A stretch of DNA of 64,000 bases from an uncultured Arenicellaceae bacterium (GTDB lineage: Bacteria > Pseudomonadota > Gammaproteobacteria > Arenicellales > Arenicellaceae): positions 618,814 to 682,813 of the forward strand of contig CALSLL010000001.1 in NCBI GenBank assembly GCA_943787185.1, written 5' to 3'. Positions 49,310 through 59,477 of this stretch are shown here, piece after piece. Each line of letters opens with the position of its first letter. The stretch's first letter is position 1. A program made the position numbers and the translations under genes. A model generated the notes under the pieces. It saw only the letters and a program-made list of their open reading frames with translations. It was not told the DNA's origin and did not search any database.

Positions 49310-52300
49310 ATGACCACAACTGCTTTAAGGGGACACTCTCCGTTTCAACCTGTATTGCCGGATTTGTCTGGCTCAAGAGTATTTTGGCGTCACTTACATG
49401 GTAGCAGCCAAGATATTGCTATCGTAGAAGCTGCACAACAGAATAGCGAGAACGGCATCGCCACACTGCTTGTTTGCCCAGATGCGACCAGCATATATCA
49501 TCGAGCTCAATCAGCTCGCTTTTACGCCTCAAGCAATTTCGTCCCACAAATTCGCCTATTCCCAGACACGGAGTGTCTTCCGTACGACCGATTCTCACCC
49601 CACCAGGACATCACATCAACACGGATATTGACCCTGTTAGAACTTACTCAAGGCTTTAATGGCTTATTGATTGCGCCAGCAAGTGCTTTGTTAAGGCGCT
49701 TACCTCCTCAAAATCACATTAAAGGTAGCGCTTTTCATTTAACTATAGGTCAACAACTCGAAACGACAACCTTCTCAAACACACTGGTTGACGCTGGGTA
49801 CTACTCGGTAAATCAAGTAATGTCACCGGGGGAGTTTGCGGTCAGAGGTGGTTTGATTGATGTCTACCCAATGGGAACCGCAACGCCATTTCGAATCGAC
49901 CTTTTTGATACGGAGATCGAGAATATTCGCTTGTTCGATACCAGCACCCAAAGGTCAGGCGACACTGTATCGAAAATCAGGATTCTACCAGCCAGAGAGT
50001 TCCCTACCCACGAGCAAGCAATCAGTGATTTTCGACAGCGCTTTAGAGCCAGATTTGAGGGCGATCCGCAAAAGTCACGTGCCTATCGCGATTTAAGTAA
50101 CGGCGTAATTCCTGCCGGCAGTGAGTGCTACCTACCTTTGTTTTTCGAACATACAGCCGGCCTGCTTGATTACCTCGCAGACGACACGTTAATTATTCTG
50201 GATGATGGGGCGACAGAGGCGGCCGAAAATGCAGTCGATGAAATTAAAGAGCGGTACGAATATGCCCAGCTAGACACTGAATGGCCCGCATTAAAACCCA
50301 AAGAGATAGCATTAACGCAACAGGATTTACTCGACAATCTCAAACCAAAAAAACGCGTTCAATTATTAACACTAAACCTTGATGATCAGAACAAACATGT
50401 TTACGAGTACTCAACTAACAAGCCGACCGAATTCAATATAAATGCCCGTAGTGAGTCGCCATACGAGCCATTGATAAAATATCTACAGACTAATACCGGA
50501 CGGGTTTTATTAGTGGCAGAGTCCATTGGACGGCGAGAAACCTTAAACGGGCTTTTGCAAGATCACCAACTTAATGTCTCTACAACTGATTCCTGGCATG
50601 ACTTTTTACAAGGCTACGCACAGCTAAACATCACCAGTGCCCCCCTTGAATACGGCTTTAGGATCGAACGCACCTCGACAAGTTCCGAGCTTGAACACCA
50701 CCCACACAATAATCTAGAAGTAATTACCGAAGCGCAGATATACGGCGAACGAGTTCTGCAAAAGCGGCGCAGGTCAAACCGCAACAAAAACCCTGATGTG
50801 ATCATCCGCTCTCTGGCGGAGCTAAAATTAGGCGACCCTGTGGTACATGATGACCACGGTGTAGGTCGGTATCGCGGCCTAACTACGCTAACAATTGATG
50901 GTCTGGATAACGAGTACTTAACCCTTGAATACGCTAACCAGGACAAGCTATATATTCCCGTTCTATCGCTTGAAGCGATCAGTCGCTACGTCGCCGGAAA
51001 TCCCGACACAGCTCCCATACATAAACTCGGTACAGAGACTTGGCTGAAAGCAAAACGACGTGCCCAAGAGAAAGCTTACGATGTAGCTGCTGAGTTACTC
51101 GAAGTACAAGCTCTACGCTCTAGCCGTCAAGGTCACAGCTTCCCAGATATAGATGAAAGTTATGATGCATTCGCTGGCGGCTTTCCATTTGAAGAAACAG
51201 CTGATCAAATGCAAGTTATAGATGATGTTATCTCTGATATGACCCAAGCGAAGCCAATGGATCGCTTGGTCTGCGGAGATGTGGGATTCGGAAAAACCGA
51301 GATCGCCATGCGCGCAACATATATGGCGATTGCCGGTCAAAGACAGGTAGTCGTTGTGGTACCTACAACTTTGTTGGCGCAGCAGCACTTTGATAACTTT
51401 TCTGATCGCTTTGCCGATTGGCCAGTGAAAGTAGAACTACTTTCTCGATTCCGAACCAAGAGCGAAACACAAACCGCGTTGGAAGGTATCGCTAACGGTA
51501 CCGTTGATATTGCGATTGGAACTCATCGTTTACTGCAAAAAGATATTAGCTTCAAGCGACTTGGACTAGTGATTATCGACGAAGAACACCGTTTTGGTGT
51601 TCGTCAAAAAGAACGATTAAAACAACTGCGCAGCGAAGTCGACATTTTGACTTTGACCGCCACCCCAATACCCAGGACACTAAATTTTGCCCTATCCGGA
51701 TTACGTGACATATCCATTATTGCGACGCCACCGCGAGCTAGGCTAGCAATCAACACCTTTGTCCGCGAATGGAATGAAGGCATGATCAAAGAAGCTTGCA
51801 TACGTGAAATTAGACGCGGTGGGCAAGTCTATTTTTTGCACAACGAAGTACAAACAATTGAAAAAATCGAAGCTGAACTTAATGCTTTAATGCCAGATGC
51901 CCGTATCCGGCATGCGCACGGACAAATGCGAGAGCGTGAACTTGAAGGCATAATGCGCGACTTCTACCATCAGCGATTTAACATTCTATTGTGTACTACA
52001 ATTATTGAAAGCGGCATCGATGTGCCAAGTGCCAACACAATTATTATTAATCGCGCTGATAAATTTGGGTTAGCGCAACTGCATCAGTTGCGCGGCAGAG
52101 TGGGCCGGTCCCACCATCAAGCCTTTGCCTACCTGCTCACGCCTCCGCTCAAGCAACTCACTTCGGATGCTAAAAAGCGCCTAACAGCGATAGAAGCACT
52201 AGACGAATTGGGTGCTGGATTTGCTTTAGCATCTCAAGACCTGGAAATTCGCGGTGCCGGCGAGTTACTAGGTGAATCACAAAGCGGAATGATCGATGAA

Positions 52301-52828
52301 GTGGGATTTAGCCTATATAGCGAATTTCTCGATCAAGCCATAAATAGCTTGAAAAAGCATAAAGATCGTCACTACCAACCCGCCGACAAGGAGACCCTGG
52401 AAGTTAATCTACAAATTGCAGCCCGCTTTCCTGATGAATATATTTCCGATGTTCATATACGACTAACAATGTACAAACAAATTTCTGCTGCGACAGATTA
52501 CGAACAAATTCAAAATATTGCGGCCGAGACGGTGGATCGTTTTGGGCTAATGCCAGACGCGACTAAATCTCTATTCGCAATAAGCGAGCTTAAGCTACAA
52601 GCTCGCATGCTTGATCTCAAAAAGATTGAAGCTGGAACAAAGGGTATGACATTTGAATTTCTGGAAAACCCAAAAATCAATCTCGATCGATTGATTGAGC
52701 TTATCGCCAAAGACCCAAAACAATATGGAATGAAAAACTCGAGCACATTTCAGGTCCGTCGCGAATTGGAAGATGCCCATAGCAAATTCGATCTACTCAA
52801 AGAAATCTTTGCCACCTTGTCCGATTAA
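49310..52828 (+). CDS. mfd: Transcription-repair coupling factor
   Basis: 1172 aa with a UvrB-homology N-terminus, an RNAP-interaction/CarD-like region (GDPVVHDDHGVGRY), superfamily-2 helicase motifs (GDVGFGKTE, DEEHRFG, TATPIPRT, QLHQLRGRVGR) and a TRCF C-terminal domain. Confidence 0.95.
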   Translation: MTTTALRGHSPFQPVLPDLSGSRVFWRHLHGSSQDIAIVEAAQQNSENGIATLLVCPDATSIYHRAQSARFYASSNFVPQIRLFPDTECLPYDRFSPHQDITSTRILTLLELTQGFNGLLIAPASALLRRLPPQNHIKGSAFHLTIGQQLETTTFSNTLVDAGYYSVNQVMSPGEFAVRGGLIDVYPMGTATPFRIDLFDTEIENIRLFDTSTQRSGDTVSKIRILPAREFPTHEQAISDFRQRFRARFEGDPQKSRAYRDLSNGVIPAGSECYLPLFFEHTAGLLDYLADDTLIILDDGATEAAENAVDEIKERYEYAQLDTEWPALKPKEIALTQQDLLDNLKPKKRVQLLTLNLDDQNKHVYEYSTNKPTEFNINARSESPYEPLIKYLQTNTGRVLLVAESIGRRETLNGLLQDHQLNVSTTDSWHDFLQGYAQLNITSAPLEYGFRIERTSTSSELEHHPHNNLEVITEAQIYGERVLQKRRRSNRNKNPDVIIRSLAELKLGDPVVHDDHGVGRYRGLTTLTIDGLDNEYLTLEYANQDKLYIPVLSLEAISRYVAGNPDTAPIHKLGTETWLKAKRRAQEKAYDVAAELLEVQALRSSRQGHSFPDIDESYDAFAGGFPFEETADQMQVIDDVISDMTQAKPMDRLVCGDVGFGKTEIAMRATYMAIAGQRQVVVVVPTTLLAQQHFDNFSDRFADWPVKVELLSRFRTKSETQTALEGIANGTVDIAIGTHRLLQKDISFKRLGLVIIDEEHRFGVRQKERLKQLRSEVDILTLTATPIPRTLNFALSGLRDISIIATPPRARLAINTFVREWNEGMIKEACIREIRRGGQVYFLHNEVQTIEKIEAELNALMPDARIRHAHGQMRERELEGIMRDFYHQRFNILLCTTIIESGIDVPSANTIIINRADKFGLAQLHQLRGRVGRSHHQAFAYLLTPPLKQLTSDAKKRLTAIEALDELGAGFALASQDLEIRGAGELLGESQSGMIDEVGFSLYSEFLDQAINSLKKHKDRHYQPADKETLEVNLQIAARFPDEYISDVHIRLTMYKQISAATDYEQIQNIAAETVDRFGLMPDATKSLFAISELKLQARMLDLKKIEAGTKGMTFEFLENPKINLDRLIELIAKDPKQYGMKNSSTFQVRRELEDAHSKFDLLKEIFATLSD

Positions 52829-52844
52829 ACGAACCGGCAAGAGA

Positions 52845-53573
52845 ATGAAAAACACCAACCAAATCAAATATGTCGATAATATCCCTATCACAATTATCCG
52901 AAGTAAGCGGCGCCGAAGTTTTGGAATTCAAGTAAAGGAAGATAAGTTCGTTTTACGAGTCCCCTCACGAGCGAGCCAAAATAACATACAGCATTCACTG
53001 AATCGTTTTGCACCCTGGGTCCGCCAGAGGCAAGCGATATTAGAAACAGCAGAGAAACCACCAACATATGAGTTTCAATTTGGAGAACAATTTCCATGGC
53101 TCAACACACAGCTCACACTGACAAGCGTCGACAAACACCATAAGACGGAGCTCGTCACAAAATATTTACCAGTCCACCTTCCCAATTCGGTACGAAATCA
53201 AAGCGCCTATATACAAAAACGGGTAATCGATTTCTACAAAGGTGTTGGCCTTCGGCATTTAGTATCGAGGGTCAATTACTTTGCCGAACTTGTCGGCAAG
53301 CAACCCACGGATGTTAAGACCTACAGCTATAAACGACGCTGGGGTAGCTGCTCCAGCCAAGGAGTACTAACCTTTAACTGGTCAATACTATTGGCCCCCG
53401 CAAATGTTGTTGACTATGTAGTGGTACACGAACTCGCACATCTGGTTCACTTTGATCATTCCAAGTCATTCTGGCAAGTAGTAGATCGAGTCATGCCGAA
53501 CTACAAACATCAGAGGAAATGGTTGAAGGAAAATGGCCATTTACTGAGCATAAGGCCAAACTTTCCGGTCTAG
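52845..53573 (+). CDS. YgjP-like (DUF45/M48-related) zinc metallohydrolase
   Basis: YKRRWGSCS and VVHELAHLVHFDHSKSFW (HExxH) motifs. I prefer ATG 52845 to the ORF-track start at 52773, which overlaps mfd. Confidence 0.7.
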   Translation: MKNTNQIKYVDNIPITIIRSKRRRSFGIQVKEDKFVLRVPSRASQNNIQHSLNRFAPWVRQRQAILETAEKPPTYEFQFGEQFPWLNTQLTLTSVDKHHKTELVTKYLPVHLPNSVRNQSAYIQKRVIDFYKGVGLRHLVSRVNYFAELVGKQPTDVKTYSYKRRWGSCSSQGVLTFNWSILLAPANVVDYVVVHELAHLVHFDHSKSFWQVVDRVMPNYKHQRKWLKENGHLLSIRPNFPV

Positions 53574-53585
53574 GCAATAGTCAAT

Positions 53586-53903
53586 CTAGTCGTGCCCCGC
53601 TGAAATAAGCGATTTTAAAGCAACTACCAACAACGCCGGACCGACAAATACTGCGACATTCCCCGCGATCGCAGTCACATAAGACCCCACCTCTGGCAAT
53701 ACCGCCAATGACCCTGCAGATGCTGAAAGCGCGATACCTGCAATTAAAAAATTATTGCTTTCCCGACCACCCACATTCAAAAAACCAACAACCAAACCCA
53801 AAATCGCCAGTACCAGCGGTACTTGGGGGGCGCTGACCCCAAGCCCAGCGGCAATAGCAATAATGACTCCTAAGATAAACGCCAATCGACCTATGTTTTG
53901 CAT
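53586..53903 (-). CDS. Small integral membrane protein of unknown function
   Basis: About three hydrophobic helices. GGAGG lies 7 nt upstream of ATG 53903. 105 aa. Confidence 0.5.
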   Translation of the reverse strand: MQNIGRLAFILGVIIAIAAGLGVSAPQVPLVLAILGLVVGFLNVGGRESNNFLIAGIALSASAGSLAVLPEVGSYVTAIAGNVAVFVGPALLVVALKSLISAGHD

Positions 53904-54061
53904 TTTCAATCCTCCAATGGTTAAGCTAGGTAATGTAGTTCAATCCTGCATTCGGTCTAATGTACACCGCAAACTACTCCAAATAAATCTCAAATCGCAC
54001 TCAAAACGCTAAGACTATGGCAAGCTAAATATTGGATCCGACAATAATTCGAAACACGCGC

Positions 54062-54577
54062 TCAAGCAACGCTCAATTCCGCTTCAAAACCAAACAAGCT
54101 CATATCCTGAATACGTAAGGGATATAGTATTCCGTCAAGATGATCGCATTCATGTTGCACAACGACCGCATGAAAGCCTTGGACCTCGCGCTCTATTCCT
54201 TCACCAAACTGATTTACCCCGCGATATACAATGTGTGACGGACGCTCAACATAGCCGCGCATACCTGGAACGCTTAAGCAGCCTTCCCACATTCCTTGCA
54301 CAGAATCTCCTAACACCTCAATTTCTGGATTTACCAATACTGTCTCGGGAACAGAGTCTGCATCTGGGTAGCGACTGTTCTCCTGAACCCCAAATATAAC
54401 TACTCGCTGTAAAACGCCGATTTGCGGAGCGGCCAATCCAGCACCGTTTTCAGCTTCCATGGTATCGAACAAATCAGATACCAAACTGTGCAGCTCCGCG
54501 GTATCAAAATCTTTGACCTCGCATGATCGTTCAAGAAGCGTGGGATTACCCATTCGCAGTACTTCCCTTACAGCCAT
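54062..54577 (-). CDS. def: Peptide deformylase
   Basis: GAGLAAPQIG, EGCLSVPG and HECDHLDG motifs. 171 aa. Confidence 0.95.
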   Translation of the reverse strand: MAVREVLRMGNPTLLERSCEVKDFDTAELHSLVSDLFDTMEAENGAGLAAPQIGVLQRVVIFGVQENSRYPDADSVPETVLVNPEIEVLGDSVQGMWEGCLSVPGMRGYVERPSHIVYRGVNQFGEGIEREVQGFHAVVVQHECDHLDGILYPLRIQDMSLFGFEAELSVA

Positions 54578-54663
54578 TTATATATCCCCATAGACTATTA
54601 ATTTAGCAAGCGTAGCGATTAAACCTGATAACATTTACTCAACGCAATCAAATTTATTCAACA

Positions 54664-55722
54664 ATGATGTACGGCCCCTATACCAAACAGTGGTTCTTCA
54701 CACTCACACTGCTTACGTGCTTGCCAGTGTTGACTAGCGCGCAAGTAAGCACCGAAACCGAACCCCAAGCTGCAGAAATAGAACAACGTTCACCTGCTTC
54801 ATACGATTCTTCGATTGAAAATTTAGAGCCTGTTCCAGAGCCACACAGGGGTTACCTGATTGAACTCATTGTGTTTGAAAACACCCAACATTTGGAGTTA
54901 GGCAAACTCGATAACAACGACTATACCCTACCCGATGATCGCCCCACCAACCGCGCAGCCATCTATCCATCTATTCCTGACGAGTTATACACGCATCTAG
55001 ATAGTTTGCAATTAAACACTCAATACCAACCAATTGCATACACATCATGGCGACAAATATCCAAACCGCGAACTGAAAGCCCTCGTTTTCAATTGAACGA
55101 AATCTCTCCAAGTCTTACCGGGACCGTGATGGTCTACGACAACGTAATCCTGCTGTCTGAGCTAGAAGTTGAATATAACCCGGCACTTGGGACTGCGGCG
55201 ACGAATATGAGTATTCTCGATATCCCAGAACAAAATGTAAATGGACTGCAGGGCTCGCAGATTAATAACGACTTCACCACCGCTACCCAGGACGATGCAG
55301 CCTACAATGCGGCTTTAGCGACCAATGCTCAAAATATTGTGTCTAGCAACATGTTCGATGCAGCCGGGAACCCAATTCCAAGAACCGAACAAGTCCCTTA
55401 CACAGGCGAATTTTATCCCTCACCTCTCAGCACAGCACAATCGTATGTTTACCGCCGTGTCAGCCAGGACAGCGCGCGTTACCTGATAAATGAAAAACGT
55501 CGCGTTAAATTTGAAGAAACCCATTACTTTGACCACCCAGCGTTTGGCATCCTGTTGCGAGTGATTCGAACTGAAATACCGGTAGATGAATACAACCTAT
55601 CGACGGTCGAAGCTCTCGGCATTCCAGCATTTTCCACGGCTCGATCTGTTAGCCAAGGCTCTAGTAGTTTTATTGATTCAAATCCAGCCGGCCCAGAAGC
55701 TGAACCAAACTACGAGCTATAA
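54664..55722 (+). CDS. Secreted protein, probably CsiV (DUF2803) family
   Basis: Signal peptide, YLIELIVFEN near the N-terminus and THYFDHPAFGILLRVIR near the C-terminus, as I recall for CsiV-type proteins. 352 aa. Confidence 0.5.
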   Translation: MMYGPYTKQWFFTLTLLTCLPVLTSAQVSTETEPQAAEIEQRSPASYDSSIENLEPVPEPHRGYLIELIVFENTQHLELGKLDNNDYTLPDDRPTNRAAIYPSIPDELYTHLDSLQLNTQYQPIAYTSWRQISKPRTESPRFQLNEISPSLTGTVMVYDNVILLSELEVEYNPALGTAATNMSILDIPEQNVNGLQGSQINNDFTTATQDDAAYNAALATNAQNIVSSNMFDAAGNPIPRTEQVPYTGEFYPSPLSTAQSYVYRRVSQDSARYLINEKRRVKFEETHYFDHPAFGILLRVIRTEIPVDEYNLSTVEALGIPAFSTARSVSQGSSSFIDSNPAGPEAEPNYEL

Positions 55723-56631
55723 CAGCCGTTCTGAAAGATCCCGATCTGCGCATTCCAAAAAAGGCCTGGGCGCATAGCCAAAATCATCAATCGCCGGGTA
55801 ATTGTCATAGGCGAGATTAGAATTCATTCTATTTGCCATTTCAGCGGTATAAGCAAATTTTCCAGTGAGAGCCGCAACTCGCAGTGCGCAGCGATAAACT
55901 GGCAACGGAAGGCTTAGTACTCTGACCGGTTTATTTAGGGCTTCAAAAATCCTACACACCATTTTACGGTAGCTAAGTGTCTCTGCGCCCGCGAGTGTAT
56001 AAACCTTACTGTATGTTACAACTTCATCTAATACTTTAAATACAGCGTCAACCAAATCCAAAGCGTGTACGGGTTGGCGGAGACCATCGGCTTTTCCAGC
56101 GACCACTGCAAAACTCCAGCGATTGATAAACCGTGCCAACCGAGAGACATTTTCATCCAAACCAAAGCCATAAATCATACTTGGGCGAAAGATGGTAAAT
56201 GCGATCCCAAGTTGGTCGCACTGTGATGCAGTATTCTTCTCACCGTCGTCGAGCAAGCGCACCAATTCTTGCTCAGCTAAATCTTGAGTATTTTTCTTGG
56301 ATAGCACACTACTTGAACTAAATACTATTAATCGCCTCAAACCGTGATGCGCCAAGGAAGGTAAATGCCGTGGTAGCAACCATATAGGCGCGCAATGTAC
56401 CATCGTGTCTATCGGTGTAGAGCCTTCTCTTGCAATTCCTTCTATAGGTAAGAAGTCTTCATGCTCCATGTCCCACTTTATTCCGGCACTACTATCAACA
56501 ACACTTCTACTGACCGGTACAACACGACATTTTCTGCGTTCGAATTCTTCCCACAACGGCTGCCCGACCACACCGCGTGCCCCACTTAGTAAAACTACTT
56601 TGCTCAAGACACCTTCTTCACAATCGCCCAT
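55717..56631 (-). CDS. Atypical NAD(P)-binding Rossmann/SDR-like protein (epimerase/dehydratase fold)
   Basis: VVLLSGARGVVG glycine-rich loop, TMVHCAP, RLIVFSSSSV and FRPSMIYG blocks. Last gene of the glycosyltransferase operon. The start is uncertain (28-nt overlap with the upstream gene). Confidence 0.6.
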   Translation of the reverse strand: MGDCEEGVLSKVVLLSGARGVVGQPLWEEFERRKCRVVPVSRSVVDSSAGIKWDMEHEDFLPIEGIAREGSTPIDTMVHCAPIWLLPRHLPSLAHHGLRRLIVFSSSSVLSKKNTQDLAEQELVRLLDDGEKNTASQCDQLGIAFTIFRPSMIYGFGLDENVSRLARFINRWSFAVVAGKADGLRQPVHALDLVDAVFKVLDEVVTYSKVYTLAGAETLSYRKMVCRIFEALNKPVRVLSLPLPVYRCALRVAALTGKFAYTAEMANRMNSNLAYDNYPAIDDFGYAPRPFLECADRDLSERLL

Positions 56632-57479
56632 AAAGCCCTAGGGATAAAAAGCAAATAAATACCACTTCGGATCAAGCCCCGCACCAGAAAGTTATATTTT
56701 CTTCCTTCAAATTTACCAAAGAATCGGTCCATACCCCGATGTAGATACCACAATACGCGTACTGGTCTGGTCTGGCTGCTAACTCCTTTTTCATGCACCA
56801 ATCGCGCCGCACCGATCCACGCGACTTTATAACCCGACAACCAGAAACGTTTACACCAATCAAGATCCTCACAGTGCATAAAATATCCTTCGTCCAACAA
56901 CCCCACCCCTTCAATTGAACTACTTCGAGCAACCATAAACGCTCCCGAAATGGCATCCACAAATTCAATTGAAGAGTCGTTTAATTCACGTCGTGCCGAC
57001 TCTTTACCCCGATCGAAATCACTATTAAATAATTTCTCTAAACCGATCAGTCGAAACAAGGCCTGCAATAAAGTAGGGAAATCTCGCTTCGACGTTTTTT
57101 GGTCACTACCATCGATATTTAAAATACGCCCACCAGCAAGACCAATTGTTGCGTCACTAAGCATGGCATCTGATATTAATGGCCATACCGTTGGCCCCAA
57201 CTCACAATCCGGGTTCATCAGAACCACGAACTCGGTGTCCAGATTCTTCAAAGCTTGATTGTTCGCTGCGGCAAAACCGATATTCTCGGTATTCTGAATG
57301 ACGTTCAATCGGGAATCAGTTATAGATTTACGTAGTAATGCGATACTGCTATCGCTCGACGCATTATCTACAACAGTTACTGGGCCTGGAATACACTCTA
57401 ACGCAGAGCTGACCGCCCGCAACAACCAATCTCCCGAGTTGTAGTTAACGATTACTGTTTGAACAAGTATTCCAGCCAT
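56604..57479 (-). CDS. Family 2 glycosyltransferase
   Basis: VIVNYNSGDWL...VTVVDNASSDSS...FAAANNQ...VLMNPDC (GT-A fold, DxD-type). 291 aa. Confidence 0.8.
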   Translation of the reverse strand: MAGILVQTVIVNYNSGDWLLRAVSSALECIPGPVTVVDNASSDSSIALLRKSITDSRLNVIQNTENIGFAAANNQALKNLDTEFVVLMNPDCELGPTVWPLISDAMLSDATIGLAGGRILNIDGSDQKTSKRDFPTLLQALFRLIGLEKLFNSDFDRGKESARRELNDSSIEFVDAISGAFMVARSSSIEGVGLLDEGYFMHCEDLDWCKRFWLSGYKVAWIGAARLVHEKGVSSQTRPVRVLWYLHRGMDRFFGKFEGRKYNFLVRGLIRSGIYLLFIPRALWAIVKKVS

Positions 57480-57480
57480 T

Positions 57481-58419
57481 CTAGCTTTCGGCTTTCAAAG
57501 CTACACTTGTGGCAATAATCTCGCGGCCTGTTTTACCAAGAAATCCGTCTCGGATTCCCGCCAACATCATCTTAAAATTTTGATATCTTGGCGCACAAAA
57601 TATCGTGTATAAAAGGCCAATACCTACAAGTCTCCATACGTCGTTAATCACCCACTTAAGTGGGGCGTAGGAGCGCCGATACAATAAAACACTATTTCGG
57701 TAAATATAGTAATAACGAAATGGCCGATGTTGGGGAACGTGCCTGGTGCGACCAATCCAAATTTTTAACGTACGTTCACCTAAACCGTGCTCCATCAAGG
57801 CGCGACAATCTCCATAAGCCTGAAAGCCGGAATGCGCAGCACGTAAAAACCAATCAGTATCAACATGATCAATAAACAATCGCTCGTCCATTTCACCAAC
57901 CCCATCAATAGTCGACATTGGGATTAACGACCCGGATGAAATAAGGAAGTCCGCAGGAACCAACGTTTCCCCAATTTCACACTCGGAGCAATACTGCCGC
58001 TTAAAGCGCAACAACCCAAAACGTACGAAGAAAGATTCGTTGTCTTCTTCGGTACCGAAGTAGCACGCGCCTACTGCGCTAACCCGTTCTCCCTTCGCCA
58101 TCAGTGTCGACAAGCTGTTGGTCAAATTTTGCACCATATCATGTGCGGGCACACTATCTTGATCCATCAAAAGCACCGCTTGTGCATCAAGCTCTCTAGC
58201 CCTTTCAATACCTTGATTATGCGCGCGCGCAATCCCAAAATTTCGTTCAAGGGGGTGCATATGAATTACGTCAGACGCCAGCGCAAAAACTGCCGCTTTG
58301 TTTGAAGAGCCATTGTCCACAATAACTATATGAGGAACCTGCAAACTCAAAGACGCGAGCATACGAGCCAGAACGTCAATGTTCGGGTTATAGGTGACAA
58401 CTATCGCGCATACTTTCAC
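57481..58419 (-). CDS. Family 2 glycosyltransferase (rhamnosyltransferase-like)
   Basis: CAIVVTYNPN...IVIVDNGSSN...GIARAHNQGI...LLMDQDS. 312 aa. Confidence 0.8.
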   Translation of the reverse strand: MKVCAIVVTYNPNIDVLARMLASLSLQVPHIVIVDNGSSNKAAVFALASDVIHMHPLERNFGIARAHNQGIERARELDAQAVLLMDQDSVPAHDMVQNLTNSLSTLMAKGERVSAVGACYFGTEEDNESFFVRFGLLRFKRQYCSECEIGETLVPADFLISSGSLIPMSTIDGVGEMDERLFIDHVDTDWFLRAAHSGFQAYGDCRALMEHGLGERTLKIWIGRTRHVPQHRPFRYYYIYRNSVLLYRRSYAPLKWVINDVWRLVGIGLLYTIFCAPRYQNFKMMLAGIRDGFLGKTGREIIATSVALKAES

Positions 58420-58464
58420 AGTTGATTCTCAGTCAGCAACTCGATTTAGAAACAGTTGTTAGCC

Positions 58465-59430
58465 TTATTTTGAATCGTTATCAAAGCCTATCTTCGATCG
58501 CACATGATAAATCGGCTTGTCCTGGCTTTCGTAGTAAGTACGAATCTGGAGCTCACCGAGTAGCCCAAATATTATGAACTGCACACCCAACAAAAATAGT
58601 ACCAGTGCGAACAGTAGCAGCGGACGATCACTGAGCGACATACCTAAAAATAATCGGCCGAATGCAAGATAGGACGCAATCAAGAATCCCGTCGACCCAC
58701 AGATTAATCCTGGTATTCCAAAAAAATGTATCGGCCTACCGGAAAAACTCAACAAAAACTTAACCGTTATCAAATCCAGAATTACGCGAAAAACTCTGGA
58801 CAAGCCGTACTTCGACTCACCCGCCGTACGGGCACGATGATTAACCGCAACCTCAGCAATCCGCACCCCCATAAAACTCGCTACCGCAGGTATAAAACGG
58901 TGCAACTCCCCGTACAAGGTAATGCCCTTTGCAACGTCTTTGCGCATCGCCTTTAACGTACAACCATAGTCGTGCAAGCTAACGTCAGTAATTTTTGATA
59001 TTAATTTATTGGCGAGCATCGATGGAAATTTTCGCGACCAGTAAGTGTCCTGACGATCTCGTCGCCATCCGCAAACCAAATCAAACCCTTCGTCAATCTT
59101 TTGCAGTAATAACGGTATATCCGCTGGATCGTTCTGCCTATCAGCATCCATAGTGATCACTACTTCACCCTGTGAAAAGTCCAATCCCGCCGCCATTGCT
59201 GCGGTCTGCCCAAAATTACGTCGAAACTCTACAACCTTAATTCGAGGATTTCTTTCATGTTCCTTGGATAAAAGCGCCACCCCGTCATCAGAACTGCCGT
59301 CGTCGATAAAAAGCAGCTCATAAGTTTTACCTTGCTCGAGCAATGGTGCAAGACTGGCCTCTAACTCTTCAACCAGAGGTTGCAGGTTTTCTTGCTCGTT
59401 TAAGAATGGTATGACAACTGAAATATCCAT
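58465..59430 (-). CDS. Polyprenyl-phosphate glycosyltransferase (GtrB/ArnC/DPM1-like GT2 with C-terminal TM helices)
   Basis: ISVVIPFLNEQENL...FIDDGSSDD...NFGQTAAM...TMDADRQNDP...HDYGCTLKAM...GESKY, followed by two C-terminal TM helices. 321 aa. Confidence 0.85.
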   Translation of the reverse strand: MDISVVIPFLNEQENLQPLVEELEASLAPLLEQGKTYELLFIDDGSSDDGVALLSKEHERNPRIKVVEFRRNFGQTAAMAAGLDFSQGEVVITMDADRQNDPADIPLLLQKIDEGFDLVCGWRRDRQDTYWSRKFPSMLANKLISKITDVSLHDYGCTLKAMRKDVAKGITLYGELHRFIPAVASFMGVRIAEVAVNHRARTAGESKYGLSRVFRVILDLITVKFLLSFSGRPIHFFGIPGLICGSTGFLIASYLAFGRLFLGMSLSDRPLLLFALVLFLLGVQFIIFGLLGELQIRTYYESQDKPIYHVRSKIGFDNDSK

Positions 59431-59477
59431 GAATATATTTTCGCTTAAGCTGTTTGGCGTCTATTGCCCTGAGTTTA

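Noticed and set aside
52773-52844. Longer YgjP-like ORF overlapping the end of mfd by 56 nt
   Set aside because: The extension has no family similarity. ATG 52845 gives a conventional N-terminus just after the mfd stop.
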